DNA from: Selaginella moellendorffii
Taxonomy: Eukaryota > Plantae > Lycopodiophyta
Assembly (NCBI RefSeq): GCF_000143415.4
Contig: NW_003314289.1
Location: forward strand, 1,904,526 to 1,968,525
Direction: 5' to 3'
Length of the DNA: 64,000 nt
Below are positions 26,338-37,639 of this stretch, piece by piece. Within the stretch, counting starts at the first letter, position 1, and each line of letters begins with the position of its first letter. Under the pieces are notes generated by a model. The model saw only the letters and a list, made by a program, of their open reading frames with translations. It was not told the DNA's origin and searched no databases. The position numbers and the translations under genes are program-made.

Positions 26338-27103
26338 GAAGAAAGAAAAGAAAGGGGGAAAAAGACAAAGGCAATCAAATAATCAAAACGAGCTAAAAGA
26401 AAAGCAAAAAGCACAATCTGAATCAAACTGTCAAGACCCCCAACAAGATCAAGACTAGAAAATGCTAAAGACAAAGAGAAAAGACTGGCGTTGATTCAGA
26501 TTGTGGAGAAATGGAACAAGGCTAACCTATATATACTATAGGTTGATGAAGCTCCACCCACTCTTGGATCGAGGACAGCCTAAATATAGCTGAGGTTGAG
26601 GAGGTGCCACATCAATATCAAGAATGTGGCTCAAGACTCAGGAATCGGGAAGTGTCTTGAGAGTCAGGAATAGGGAAGTGTCTCGAGAGTCAGGAATAGG
26701 GAAGTGTCTCGAGAATCAGGAATGTGGTCTGCAGGTTAGGAATCCGGCGAGAGTCAAGAATGTTGCAAGAATTGGGGGATTCCTGACAGGATGCTGGTTA
26801 CTCTAGGACTGTTCCAAGTCGCTCCGGGCTCCTGTCCCTTCGCTCCTTGAGCTTTATGCTCGGGAGTTGCTCTGTGGTTCGGTTCCATCACTCTTTGGCT
26901 TCACGCTTGGGAGTTTTGCACCGTTCCTTCGTTCAGTGGCCCAAGGCCCTGAACTTCGGGTTCCTATGGACACGTGGCATGGACACGTGGCATGTGACAC
27001 ATGGCATCTGTCACGTGGCACAAAGAGGGTTTAGGTTCCGCTTCGTGGTGTTATCCTATGGTAAATCACCATAGGATAAAGGGTCAAAACCACGTGCGCT
27101 ACA

Positions 27104-30100
27104 ATTTCCCACCCTTGTCACTTACCAACCACAAGAATATTCTGAGAATATTCCATGGCCTGTGGGATTGGAGGTTGGCATACAATTCACTCTTTTATTC
27201 GTTTCATTGGTATTGGAGTAGCATATTCTTTTGAGGATGGCGGGTGAGCAAGATATTGATCTTGATGAGGAGTATGGTATTAGTGATGATGGTTATGACA
27301 ATAAAGGAGAGACTTTTGATGATGTTGTTGTGTGGCAAGGACGCAAGATTTTTGAGGTTCAGAGAGACATAAAAGAGGTTAAGGATTTCGTTAATATCAT
27401 TAAGGATTTCTTGCTTTACATGGACCTTCAAGGGCTGAATCAATCTCATGTCTGTGATTACTATTAGTATGTTAATGGAAATCACCAAATATTTATGATA
27501 GTCAAGAGGTTGATTCTTGGTTGGAATTGTGGGAAAATTGTTAGTCTCACAATCCTTGTGAGGATAAGGTGAAGATAGATTTTTTTGTGACGAAGCTTAT
27601 GGGCCATGCTTCTTTATGGTGGAAGAATTACATTAAAGCTAATTCAAAGTTGACTTCTTGGACTAATTTGATGAAAGTTTTCCATGCTTCGTTTGTCAAG
27701 AAGTTTAAAGAGGTTAATCTCGTAAACCAGCCATTAGAGATCCAATAGTGGACTATGTCTTTGAATATGTATGCCCGTAAGTTCTGTGATCTTTGCTTTA
27801 GTCTCACGAGCACCTATAATGTGCTGCTAAAGGTGCAATGTTTTATCAAAAGATTGAGCTCCATAGATGTGCAACAGAAGGTCAAGAAGGATTTTCCAGC
27901 AACATTGACTGATGCTATCACTAAGGCTCAAATCTTTTCACCCAAACCGTCAATCAACTCTGGTCAACGATATGGTCTATAGAGTAGTCAACATGATGAC
28001 CAGCTTGCCAATGCTTCATATTCAAGAAAGAAACAGCCATTATTCTGTTATGGCTCGAAGCATAAAGATGGCAGTGAGGCTAAGAAACTTTGTTTGGACT
28101 AGCAAGAGAAAGACAAAGTGAAAGGCAATTGTTTTCATTGCCACAGGGCTAGACATTAGAGCAAGGATTGTTCTGAAGGGGTCAATAAATGATAAAGTGA
28201 CTGTGGTGGAGATTATAGGCAATGATGTGAGTGATAGTGTTTTTGTGGCTGTATTGCTTCAAGTTAGGCCTTTTCTCGCATTTATGAGCCACAAGTTTGA
28301 TGCCACACAGTAGAATTAACCTACTCGCAATAAGGAGTTGTATATCATGATTGCTACTGTGAAGGAATAACAACATTATCTATATGGATCAAACTTCCAT
28401 GTAGATTCAGATCATCAAGTCTCTCCAGATGTGGATCTTTGAGGCCACCTTGCTCGTTAGCAAGAGTTCCTATAGGAAATGTCTGTTAAAATCCAATACA
28501 AGCATGGAGGTGACAATAAAATGGCTGATGCATTATCCAGGATGGTAAAGTTTATCTCATTTGTGAAGTTATTCAACAATTTCTTGGATGAGCTTAAGGA
28601 GTTTGTTGACTTCAACACCTTTATCATAGATATTCGCACAAAGGTTTTGTTAAGGGATGCCTTTATACATTTGAAGGGTGACAAGTTTGTGTCATTTGAG
28701 ATATGAGATGGAATCTTGGTGAAAAAGGGATGTGTAGTGATTCCTTGTGTTAACAAATTTATTAAATGGATTTTAGTTGAGTGTCATGATGGGCTAAGTG
28801 CTGGACATCCAGGGGTATTAAGAACGTATGTGTTGGTGAAGAGGCATTTCTTTTGGCCTGGATGATGAGAAGTTCATATGTGGTTATTTGATCTGCCGGG
28901 CAGTCAAAGTTGATTATCAAAAGCTTGCTAGCCTTTATCATCTTTTATGTGTACCCAAGAATAAGTGAGATAGCATCTCAATGGACTTTATCACTAGTTT
29001 GCCCAAAACCTTTCAAGGAAATGATGTTATTTGGGTTGTTGTGGATTGTTTGATGAAGATGGCTCACTTCTTCCCCATGAAAACGACGATAAAAACTTCT
29101 AAACTTGCTCAGTTGTTTGTAGACCGGTTAATCAGTCTCTATGGTTTGCCGGGTGACATTGTGAGTGATTAGGATCCCAAGTTTATGTCCAAGTTTTGGC
29201 AAACGGTCTTTGAGAAGCTAAAGACTAAGCTGAGCATGAGTAGTGGTGAGCATCCACAATCTGATGGGTAGGTAGAGTGCATGAATCAACTATTAGAAGA
29301 TATGCTAAGGTCTTTTATGGGAAACTTGACTCAACAGGGAGCATAAAAGAAGTGCTTGAATTTGCTTTAGTTTACTCATAATAGCGCTTATCAATTAGCT
29401 ATTGGCATGTTTCCCTTTATGGCGATGTATGGCTATGAGGCTTGGTCTCATGTGAGTTTGAATTTGGCTTTGGTTTAGGTACCTCATGATTGTGATTTCC
29501 TGGAGGATATACAAGACAAGCTTGAGTTGGCAAAGTTGAACATAAGGCAAGCTCAAGAGCGAGACAAAAGATTGGCTAATGAGCATCATCATCATCAAGA
29601 GTACAAAGTTGGTGACAAGGTTTTCCTTAAGTTGTCAAATGCACAACAGTTTCTGAAAGGAGGTGGCAATGTTAAGTAACCTTGGACAATTTTACAACGT
29701 GTGGGGGATCTTGTATACACTTTGGATTTACCAGCTAGTTCAAAGATTCATCCAATGTTCCATATGAGCAAGTTTAAAGCGTGTTTGCATTCTAGTGATG
29801 TCGTGGATCAGTCCATCATCCAGGTCCCAAAGATTGATGTAGAGAAGGTTGGTCCAGCCAATATTCTTGCTTAAAGATTCGTGAAAACATGTCAGAAGAC
29901 AACTAAGGAGTTGTTAGTTCAGTGGAATGGTTATTCTATGGATGAAGCTACATGGGAAACTGAGGATGACATGAAGAGAGTGTTTCCGAGTTTTGGTTAT
30001 AACTTAGATGACATTCCTAAGGAAGGGGAGAATTAAGTTCTATAGCCGTATTGCTATATAATTTAAATGTAAGCAACCAAAGAGAACGACTTGAGAGATG

Positions 30101-30480
30101 ATCCATGGGGTTCAAATATAGAGAGAAAAAGCCCATGAATAAAAGAGTCCAAATTCAGGAGTTTACATTAAATCATTTATTTTATTCTCATTCTTTTATT
30201 TCCATGACCATATTGTTATGTGAGAAAGCTATATTGCTTTCTTTCTTTTGTGGCCATTTGTCACAACAGTGTTGTTTTTTGCACATTTTTTCCCTATGGC
30301 TGTATTTCCTTAGACTATTTAGCTTATCAAGGCTGCCGTATATGGCTGGGTCATGAGGGAGGGGAAAATGACACGAACCATAGGAATATTCTAAGAATAT
30401 TCTATGGCTTGTGGGATTTAAAGCCGTAATGCCTTAGAGGTTGGGAGGTTGGCCTAGGGTTTGCTCTCTTGTTTGTTTCA
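27104..30480 (+). mobile_element. Decayed Ty3/gypsy chromovirus C (RT region largely deleted)
   Basis: Homologous LTR ends (gaatattct-agaatatt...gtttca) at about 27130-27206 and 30375-30480; degenerate Met PBS tggtattggag; gag KLMGHASLWWK; RH NKMADALSR; INT MDFITSLPKT...VVVD; chromodomain LVQWNGYSMDEATWE; PPT aaggaaggggagaa near 30020. Confidence 0.85.
30068..30167 (+). mobile_element. 100-bp solo LTR, internally deleted member of the 40624-40817 family
   Basis: TGTAAGC...TTTACA with perfect TSD TTAAA; both ends match the reverse complement of 40624-40817. Confidence 0.85.
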
Positions 30481-31015
30481 ATACCACCCATTTAGTATGA
30501 CCAAAAGCCTCTCACACAAAGACTCCTTGCTCTATGCCAACAAACTTAAATCTCCCAACCATGTCATCCCTTGCATCTACTATGTTGCAAGGCCAAGCCT
30601 TAGGCTAGGCCTCTCGCTCCCTCAAACCAATGGATAATGTCCCTAATGCAAGACTCAAAATCCTATATGACTCCCAAGTCCTTCTCTGCCTTGATGTAGC
30701 GCATCTAAATTTGGAGCTAAACTCTAAGCTTGTTGTGGTACAAAATGAGGGTCCGGTACAATCCCACGAGCACCAGCTCCCCGTATCCAGCACCTACATG
30801 CAAAATGGTGTCAGACGGAGTCTAGCACAATTTTGGCATACCGATGGCTTAATGCGAGGAGGAGGATACCCCACCAACTAGAGCAATGTGGAGCTTGAGC
30901 TTAGACCTAAGTCAGACGCAAAACAAGGAGTAACACAGCCCAGCAGGAGCCAAACTAATGTTTCAGGTGGTCTGACATGCATTTCAACCACTATCCCTAC
31001 TATACATTTGAACTT

Positions 31016-31041
31016 GTTAGGTTCGATTCCCATTCCTGACA
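31016..31041 (+). pseudogene. tRNA 3' fragment (tRNA-Leu-like T-arm/B-box and acceptor 3' strand)
   Basis: ggttcgattcccattcctgaca resembles the tRNA-Leu 3' end GGTTCRAATCCCACTTCTGACA; followed by a T6 run. Confidence 0.5.
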
Positions 31042-31091
31042 AAATATTTTTTCTTTATGTGAACTTCCAGAGTTCAGAAAAACTGACGTCC

Positions 31092-31212
31092 AAGTGGGTG
31101 ACCACTTGGACTTCCCAGGTGGTCACTCAGCCCAATACTATTCAAGCCTAGGGATGCTTAACTTTGGAGGTCTGATGGGATCCAGTGCTATAGTCACGGT
31201 TTGAACCCACTC
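31092..31212 (-). ncRNA. Full-length divergent 5S-rRNA-like sequence
   Basis: Ungapped alignment to the recalled angiosperm 5S sequence, 82/110 identical by hand count, including GATCCCATCAGA, GTTAAGC and GTGACC-CCTGGGAAGTCC; T5 run about 10 nt downstream. Confidence 0.85.
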
Positions 31213-33179
31213 TGAAATATTTATGTTTTAGCAAATTTATGTTTTCTTGAAATCTGCAAACATAAATTCTATAAACCTATGATCCAAATCCAATGTTCAG
31301 GCCAATCTTTACATACCGTAAATATGTTAAATGAGCGAATCTAGACACTTTCCATAAATAGTATTTGGGACCGAAATGAGACTAACTCAAAGGGTATGAT
31401 AGTGAGGGTGTTTGGGGGACATGGTAAGCTATCATATAACGATATTGAGGGACTAGACTCAATATCAAGGGGGTTCCCAACACTAGCAAGTGCAAGTCAA
31501 CGAATAAGTTTCTCTAACCAGGTCAAATATGCTTGACAAATAGCATGTAGGAATTCCATCCTTATGCTCATTTGGTCAAGTGCACACACGATGACTAGTT
31601 TCTTAACTAGCTTAGGTGGAGACTATAAAAGGGACTAGCAATACCGACCTCCTGCCATCATGGCAGTAAAGAAAGAGTGTCCGTAAGGACTGGCCGACAA
31701 ATATCTTTTAATACCCGAAGTCACATTTGTGACATTTAAGGATCTATTGCCACACTTCACTATATTGTACTCTTATAACGCATGGCAAACCATCTCTATC
31801 TCACCACACTTCTTGTGCCTCTAACTCATATTGTCATGAAACCACTATTTGACCAAGGAGGCCATTACCATGATATGACCTTTACTTTCTCTTGTATAGG
31901 AAGCTTCCAAAAGTTCACTATGTTATCCACCACCTATTCTACATCCACCCCTTGCACTATCCACTTTTGCCACAGCTTCAAGATCTCCTCCGCCTCCTCT
32001 TTGGATGTCAGTAACCCATTATATGCTTCCTTGACTTCATATAAGAAGAAGTCTTTCGCCTCATATCACTATGTTGTCCCAACTCAAGTCTTCTAGTAGT
32101 TGCCCTTGCCTACCAAGAGGCCCTCTAATCCCACTATATCTATGTAAGTAATTAGTTTTTCCATTCTACTTTAGTTACTTAACCACACTTTCAACCACTT
32201 GGAGGAGTCTTATTCACAACCTCCATAAGTCTAATTCAGGACTTAGGGCTTGTTAGCCCCGAGAATGGTATCCATGCCACTTGATTTTTGCACTTAGTCC
32301 AACTGTTCCATGTGTCCGATCCCATGACCAACACTCGAAGGTATCACTAACATATCAGCCTATTACGCTAAGGCCATGCCCATTCACTTTTGCCACACTA
32401 GTGGTTTAATACTATCTGTGTCACAGCCCTGTCTTTCCAAGACTGGGCCATTCATCCATGAGTGATCATCCCAGATCCACTCTTTAGCATCCTTAAAATG
32501 CCTACAGATATGGGGAACAACCTTCCCCAATATCTCTTTTTCAGTCCCCACTAAATCCCTTTCTATCCATGGCTGTGTTTGCCAACACTAACATTGGATC
32601 AAGGTTTGTAAGCCTGACCACTAAATCCCACTGTCCTTTGGGACTTCCTCACCATGTGACTGTATCCTTAGTCACTACATTAGAGGATTGCCCTTCTTCC
32701 TTTCCATAATCTAGGACTTCGGGGCAACATTTCAGAACATTGTGGCCCTACGTGAGCCTCATGGGTACTCTCCCCACCTTCTGCCTTTGGGTGCTTTAGC
32801 CATGGGCTTAAAGCAAGGTTTCATTGAGTCATGCCAGGTATCCAAGTAGGTAGTGCCACATATGCTTGGACTAGGAGCATCGACCATTCAATATCCCGGG
32901 GCAACTAGAGCCGGCTCTTGAACACTTTACCAAGTTACCCCACTTGTCAGTCTGTATTCACTTTAGCTTTGGACTTCCCAGTGGTTATCTCATCATCTAA
33001 CACCTGAGTACAGCCTTCCTGAGCCAAACTAGCCTTTTTTAGCCAAACTGGCTCCACTGGGGTCCAACCCCCACACTCTCCCTACTATACTTTTGGAACC
33101 CCCTGCAGCAGCCCCCCCGTCCTCCTTGGGGGACGATCGCTTTGAGCTTTCACCCAACAACCTATATTAGTATTCAAAC

Positions 33180-33602
33180 TCGGACTTGGGCTCGGACTTG
33201 GAGTCGGTCTCAACCTCGTTCTTGGTCTCGATTCCATCTTGAACTCCATCCCGGATCCATCTCGGACTCCGTCCCGGATCCATCTTGGACTCCATCTTAG
33301 GTCCATCTCGAATTCCATTTTGGGTCCATCTCAAACTTCATCTCGAGTCCATCTCAAGCTCCATCTCAGGTCCTTCCACGTGTCATGTGTTGGCCCTTTT
33401 GTATCCCTTTTTAGAGACTCACTTATTGCTCACTTCATACTTGTTCCTCGAGCACTTCGTTGGGAGTTCCACTCCCGCTCTCAACTTTTTGAATCAGAGC
33501 TTTTAGTCAATATGTGTTACATTCATTTGGCTTCCACTTCAGCCACTACCGCGTGGCACCCTTTCGGCTCCTCTTTGGGGCCTAGGGATTTTATGTCTCA
33601 TG
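33180..33602. repeat. LTR-like repeat family D with degenerate 12-bp tandem array (ctcggactccat), copy 1
   Basis: Homologous to 40550-41275; purine-rich PPT-like tract on the minus strand at about 33605-33630. Confidence 0.7.
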
Positions 33603-34199
33603 TATTACCCTCATATATTACCTTTTCCATCCTTGGCACCTAGCCAATATTCGTCAATAATTTGACACCAAAGGCTCACCATGCCTTATCCATCCTCTAA
33701 GGAGCATAGTCTTTCCAACATAGAGATTCATTTGACCACATATTGTGGTTCTCTCCCTTTTATTGATTTAGTTCTCGCTAAACCTGTTAAAGGCACTTTC
33801 TCTATCTCAATCCCACTATTAATTCTCGAGTAGTCTCAACTTTTATCGATATAATCATTCCACTTTAGAACTTTTAATCTTGACTTCTTGAGTCAATTTC
33901 CTAGGTATCTCTGATACCTTTCATTGCACATATTGTGCAAACTCCACTTCCCAGGGCTATCCACGACCCTATCATTTGGCTATTTTGCCGCTCCCTCCCT
34001 TGGAGCTCCATCAGCTCCACGAACTTACCTTTATAACACTTTTTACTTATATCTAGGTCTTTGCCAAGACCAATATAATTGCTTCTTATGCCAACTATCT
34101 GTTAACATTGCACCATAGAGGTGTATACTATCCTTTCTCATGGATCATACCAAAACTTTATGGCACTAGGTTTGAATTGAAAATGGGTATACTAAAATG

Positions 34200-35560
34200 C
34201 AGTCTTGTATTTATAAAGAATACTTGCTGGATGATCTTTGTCTAAAACTTCATATAGAGCTATAATGATTAAAGTAGTATGGAGACTTTATGTATTATGT
34301 TAATGCATTTACTTAGAAATGCATTACAATTGCAAATATAAGTGATGAAGATGCTCAAAGTTATTTTCTAAAAAGTTTAAATTTACTTTCTTGCAATGAG
34401 ATTTTGAAATTTAAGCCGAAGACATACCTAAAGTGTAAAGAGGCAACATAGCAAGTTTCCTTTAGTCATAGAATAGTATCAATAGTTATATGCTAGTACC
34501 TTAGATAAGAATTAAAACTTTAGGAATAAACAAGGTAATTGGAAACAAAGGATGGAAGGAAGGTTTTGCTCTAGATGTTCACAAGTAGCGGTTAATAAAG
34601 GTAGTAGTTGGTGACCACTAGCAACTTTTATTGATCCAAAGCCCTCTATTGCTCCTCCTAGTGGGTATAAATAGCAATAACTTCCAAAACCTACTCTTAA
34701 TGAAATAGATAATATGGGTTAATTGTCATTTGAAACACTTGGAGTTAGTGTTTTAGAAGTTCCAATAATACAAACTACATACTAAGGTAAGTAAATGCAT
34801 TTTTGGATAATTGCATTTGAACTTTCTCAGGTATATAGTTAATGGTGGCATATTTCAGAACTCTATTAGTTATTCTCTATGAAAGATGTTGCAAGGGAAT
34901 GTTCATGGGGTTCTTTAACAGATTGTTGTATGAAAACTAATATCAAAAGTGTTAGTCCCAGCTTTTAAGATTTATATGAAGTAGTTGAGCCAAGGTTGGT
35001 CTAGGGTAATGTAGCGCATGTGATCATGGGATGAGATTTGGATATACTGTCACCGTGGATCCTTGGAACCTTGGGGATAAATGGAGATAAAATAGCCACT
35101 AAGGGCTCTCTCATCAAGCAATTGCCCCTTTTCTAGTTGGCTTAAGGGAACAGAGATAAGGTGCGCTACAAACAACTGATGCAATGGCTAAAACTAAAGA
35201 TAGGTATCAATATAATAAGGATCACCATCATTGGGATGTAACCTATCAAGTGGCAAACCAAGTTTGGTTATCCTCCCGGAACTTAAATATTAAGGTCTTT
35301 GTCCTAGAAGCTATTACCAAGATATGTTAAACCCTATCAGGTATTGAAGCAAATTAGTGATGTATTTTATAAATTGGATCTTTAGGTTATAAAATATGAG
35401 TTATCCTATATATATGATGTGTTCCATGTAAGTTTGCTAGCACCAGATCATGCTGTTGTAGAACACTCTCTAGGCATTTTTTTCCCACTAGCAATTGTTG
35501 ATGGTGAACCTAAGCATGAAGTTGACATTATTGTGGGATAATAGGGATAGTAGTTGGAAG
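34200..35560 (+). mobile_element. Heavily decayed Ty3/gypsy remnant (gag and integrase C-terminus)
   Basis: YVNAF...NISDEDAQSYFLKSL; PYQVLKQISDVFYKLDL...DVFHVSLL...DGEPKHEVD, with many stops. Confidence 0.6.
35010..35170. mobile_element. About 160-bp TG...CA element (family E), copy 1
   Basis: Perfect terminal inverted repeats TGTAGCGCA...TGCGCTACA; homologous to 41513-41674. Confidence 0.7.
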
Positions 35561-36336
35561 TATAACCAACTATCTAAAACATTAATTTAGTTTTTATTGA
35601 GTTATGTTGCTAATTGTTTTACATTTGACTTGGGTCTAAACCGAAATTCCATGCTACTCTAGTTCGTGGCATTATGTTAAGCCATTGGTATATTGAAATT
35701 ATGCTAGACTCCATTTGACACTATTTTGCATGCAAAAGTTGGATATAAGGAACTTGTGCTTATAAGGGATATTAAGTGTGTACTAAACTTTCATTTTGTA
35801 ATGTAATGGGTTTAGAATTTAACTCTAAATTTAGGTGTGCTACAACAAAAATTGAGGGTCCATCCATAAGTAACTTCCACCTTTTATAAGTTTCTACATT
35901 GAGTTTTTAGAAAGAGGCTGTGAGTTTTTCTAGCATAACTCAACAACAAGCTACAGCCACAACAAACTTACAATCCTTCTTTACACACCAACCCAAGCTA
36001 CCCAAAATCCAAGTCCTTTATTGGCTTCAGAACCGCCTATGTGCTTTAAGTGGGTTCTCCTTCCAGAAAACGGGCTTATTGTCAATGGTCAGCGGCAAAG
36101 GTTAAAGTTAGTTCGGTAGGTTAAATTTAAATATTTAACATTAAGGCTAACATTGAGAAACCTAGGGCTCCTCAAAAGCTTTTAAGATGTACCCGCTTGA
36201 GATCAAGGTGAATAAGGCGCGGGTGGCGAGGACTCGTGAAGTAGATTTTGCACAGTTGCGCAATGAAGGCTCCAAGGTTTTTCTTCCGTTCCCGGGGTTG
36301 GAGGGTTCGTGCCAGATCAAGAGGCCTCCTCTCGAG

Positions 36337-36795
36337 TTCTATATTAAAGTATTAGAACATGAAATCGAACTATTGCCTCCAAAGCTTAATGCCATGCTGG
36401 TAGGTAGCGTGTAGATAAGATTGGCCAAAACAGAACACTGCTCTGGTCCATTTTCTTCCCTCTGGTTAATGGAAATGGTTTCCCAAAATTTTCACAGCCC
36501 TACTCAGCGAACATAGAAACCTATTTGAATGTGAGAAATCTAAAATTACCATCACTGTGGTGGTGCAACCACTTTGTTCATCACCCTCCAGATTGAGTAG
36601 CATTATATTTAATACAACCACTGACTGTGTCTCCAAAGTGAAGCTTATAATCTGGGAGTTTCTGGTGGATTCTGAGGTATTCATGCATTTATCTGTGATC
36701 TCGACACAGATAAATTGGATTTAGCGGAGGTCCATAAATTTGGATTTGAGTGGAAGAGAAGTAGTTAGATAACAATAATCATATTTGGAAAACTT
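36337..36795 (-). repeat. 459-bp inverted duplicate of 43119-43577
   Basis: Near-identical reverse complement; the track ORFs 36466-36684(-) and 43230-43448(+) differ by one residue. Confidence 0.95.
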
Positions 36796-37639
36796 GAAGC
36801 AAAGGAGAATGGGGAAGCTTCGAGAGCTTCTCTCTGCTAGTTGGGATGAAATGGCAGATGAAAGACTCTTTGCAGTGGGAGGAAACGAAGTTTCAGGATG
36901 CAACGTGATTTCCAAGCACAGCACTATGAGGATGTTGGTGGTGAGATTATTTTATCAGATGGAGAATTCAGGCAAATATAGGGATTCTGTTTTCTTTTGC
37001 TCCTTACATTCTGCTTGAAGGCTGTTTGTACAGAACAGCCAGCCTGTCCATGGGAGTGAGGCCCTCTGCACTTGTTTCCCCTGTTCGCTGTTATGGAATG
37101 TCCTAAGAGAAATCCTTTACAGCAGTGAACACCACAGAACATTAGAGCGCACTGTCATGAAACCTAAGTTACGGATGCTTAGAAGCCAATGGCAAGTGTA
37201 CTTGCGAAAGAAATTTTTTCTCAGCTTGATCAGGCTTGGCCATCTCGATCAAAGAATTTGTGGGGACAAATAAACGAAAGATTATATCGTGGACATTCGA
37301 TGCTGGTATTGCTCCAGAGTCATGTTGAGTTGCTTGAGATCATTCGCTTTGTAATGTCCTTGACCTTTCCCCCCGCTTGTGGTGATGGAGAGCCAGTTAG
37401 AGCTACCAATCGTGGATCCTCTCCTAGAGGTGCTGCCGATGCTGGAATCTTTGCAGTCAGTGGATCTCTCAGGGCTGTCGACCACGGAGCAGGCCAAAGA
37501 AGAATTTTCAGCCAGCGGCTTTGGCTTTGCAGACACGTCTGTTGTGGTCGGTTCAGATTGAGATCGAAACAACAAAGGAAAGCATGAGCCAGACGTACGT
37601 GACGTGTCAGCCACGTGGCTGTCCACCTGACTTGGGCAG

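Larger units (their letters stand above)
21219..26788 (-). mobile_element. Ty3/gypsy chromovirus (element B, Tcn1/Tf1-like), full length with frameshifts
   Basis: LTRs TGTCA...TGACA at 21219-21604 and 26429-26788; perfect TSD GGATG (21214-21218, 26789-26793); PPT at 21605-21617; domain order gag-PR-RT-RH-INT-chromodomain. Confidence 0.95.
14246..27103 (+). mobile_element. LTR retroelement A, non-autonomous/LARD-like; 3' LTR split by element B
   Basis: LTRs TGTCGCGAATG...GCTACA at 14246-15387 and 20384-21218 + 26789-27103; PBS tggtatcagag (tRNA-iMet) at 15390; PPT aggggggagag at 20373-20383; flanks atttt/atttc; no recognisable gag/pol ORF in the internal 5 kb. Confidence 0.9.
30790..31734 (-). 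mobile_element. Diverged LTR of the element A family with a substituted central segment
   Basis: Reverse complement starts tgtcacaaatgtgacttcgggtat (cf. 14246) and is colinear with LTR A except for about 31010-31290. Confidence 0.8.

Noticed and set aside
32968-32994. Third 5S-like scrap (tttggacttcccagtggttatctcatc)
   Set aside because: Only about 27 nt with several mismatches and no element termini; too weak to call.
31740-33100. Decayed coding-like sequence on the minus strand
   Set aside because: Probably retroelement-derived, but no diagnostic motif could be read.
36800-37600. Short ORFs resembling gene fragments
   Set aside because: No family recognised and the frames are broken; cannot be supported.
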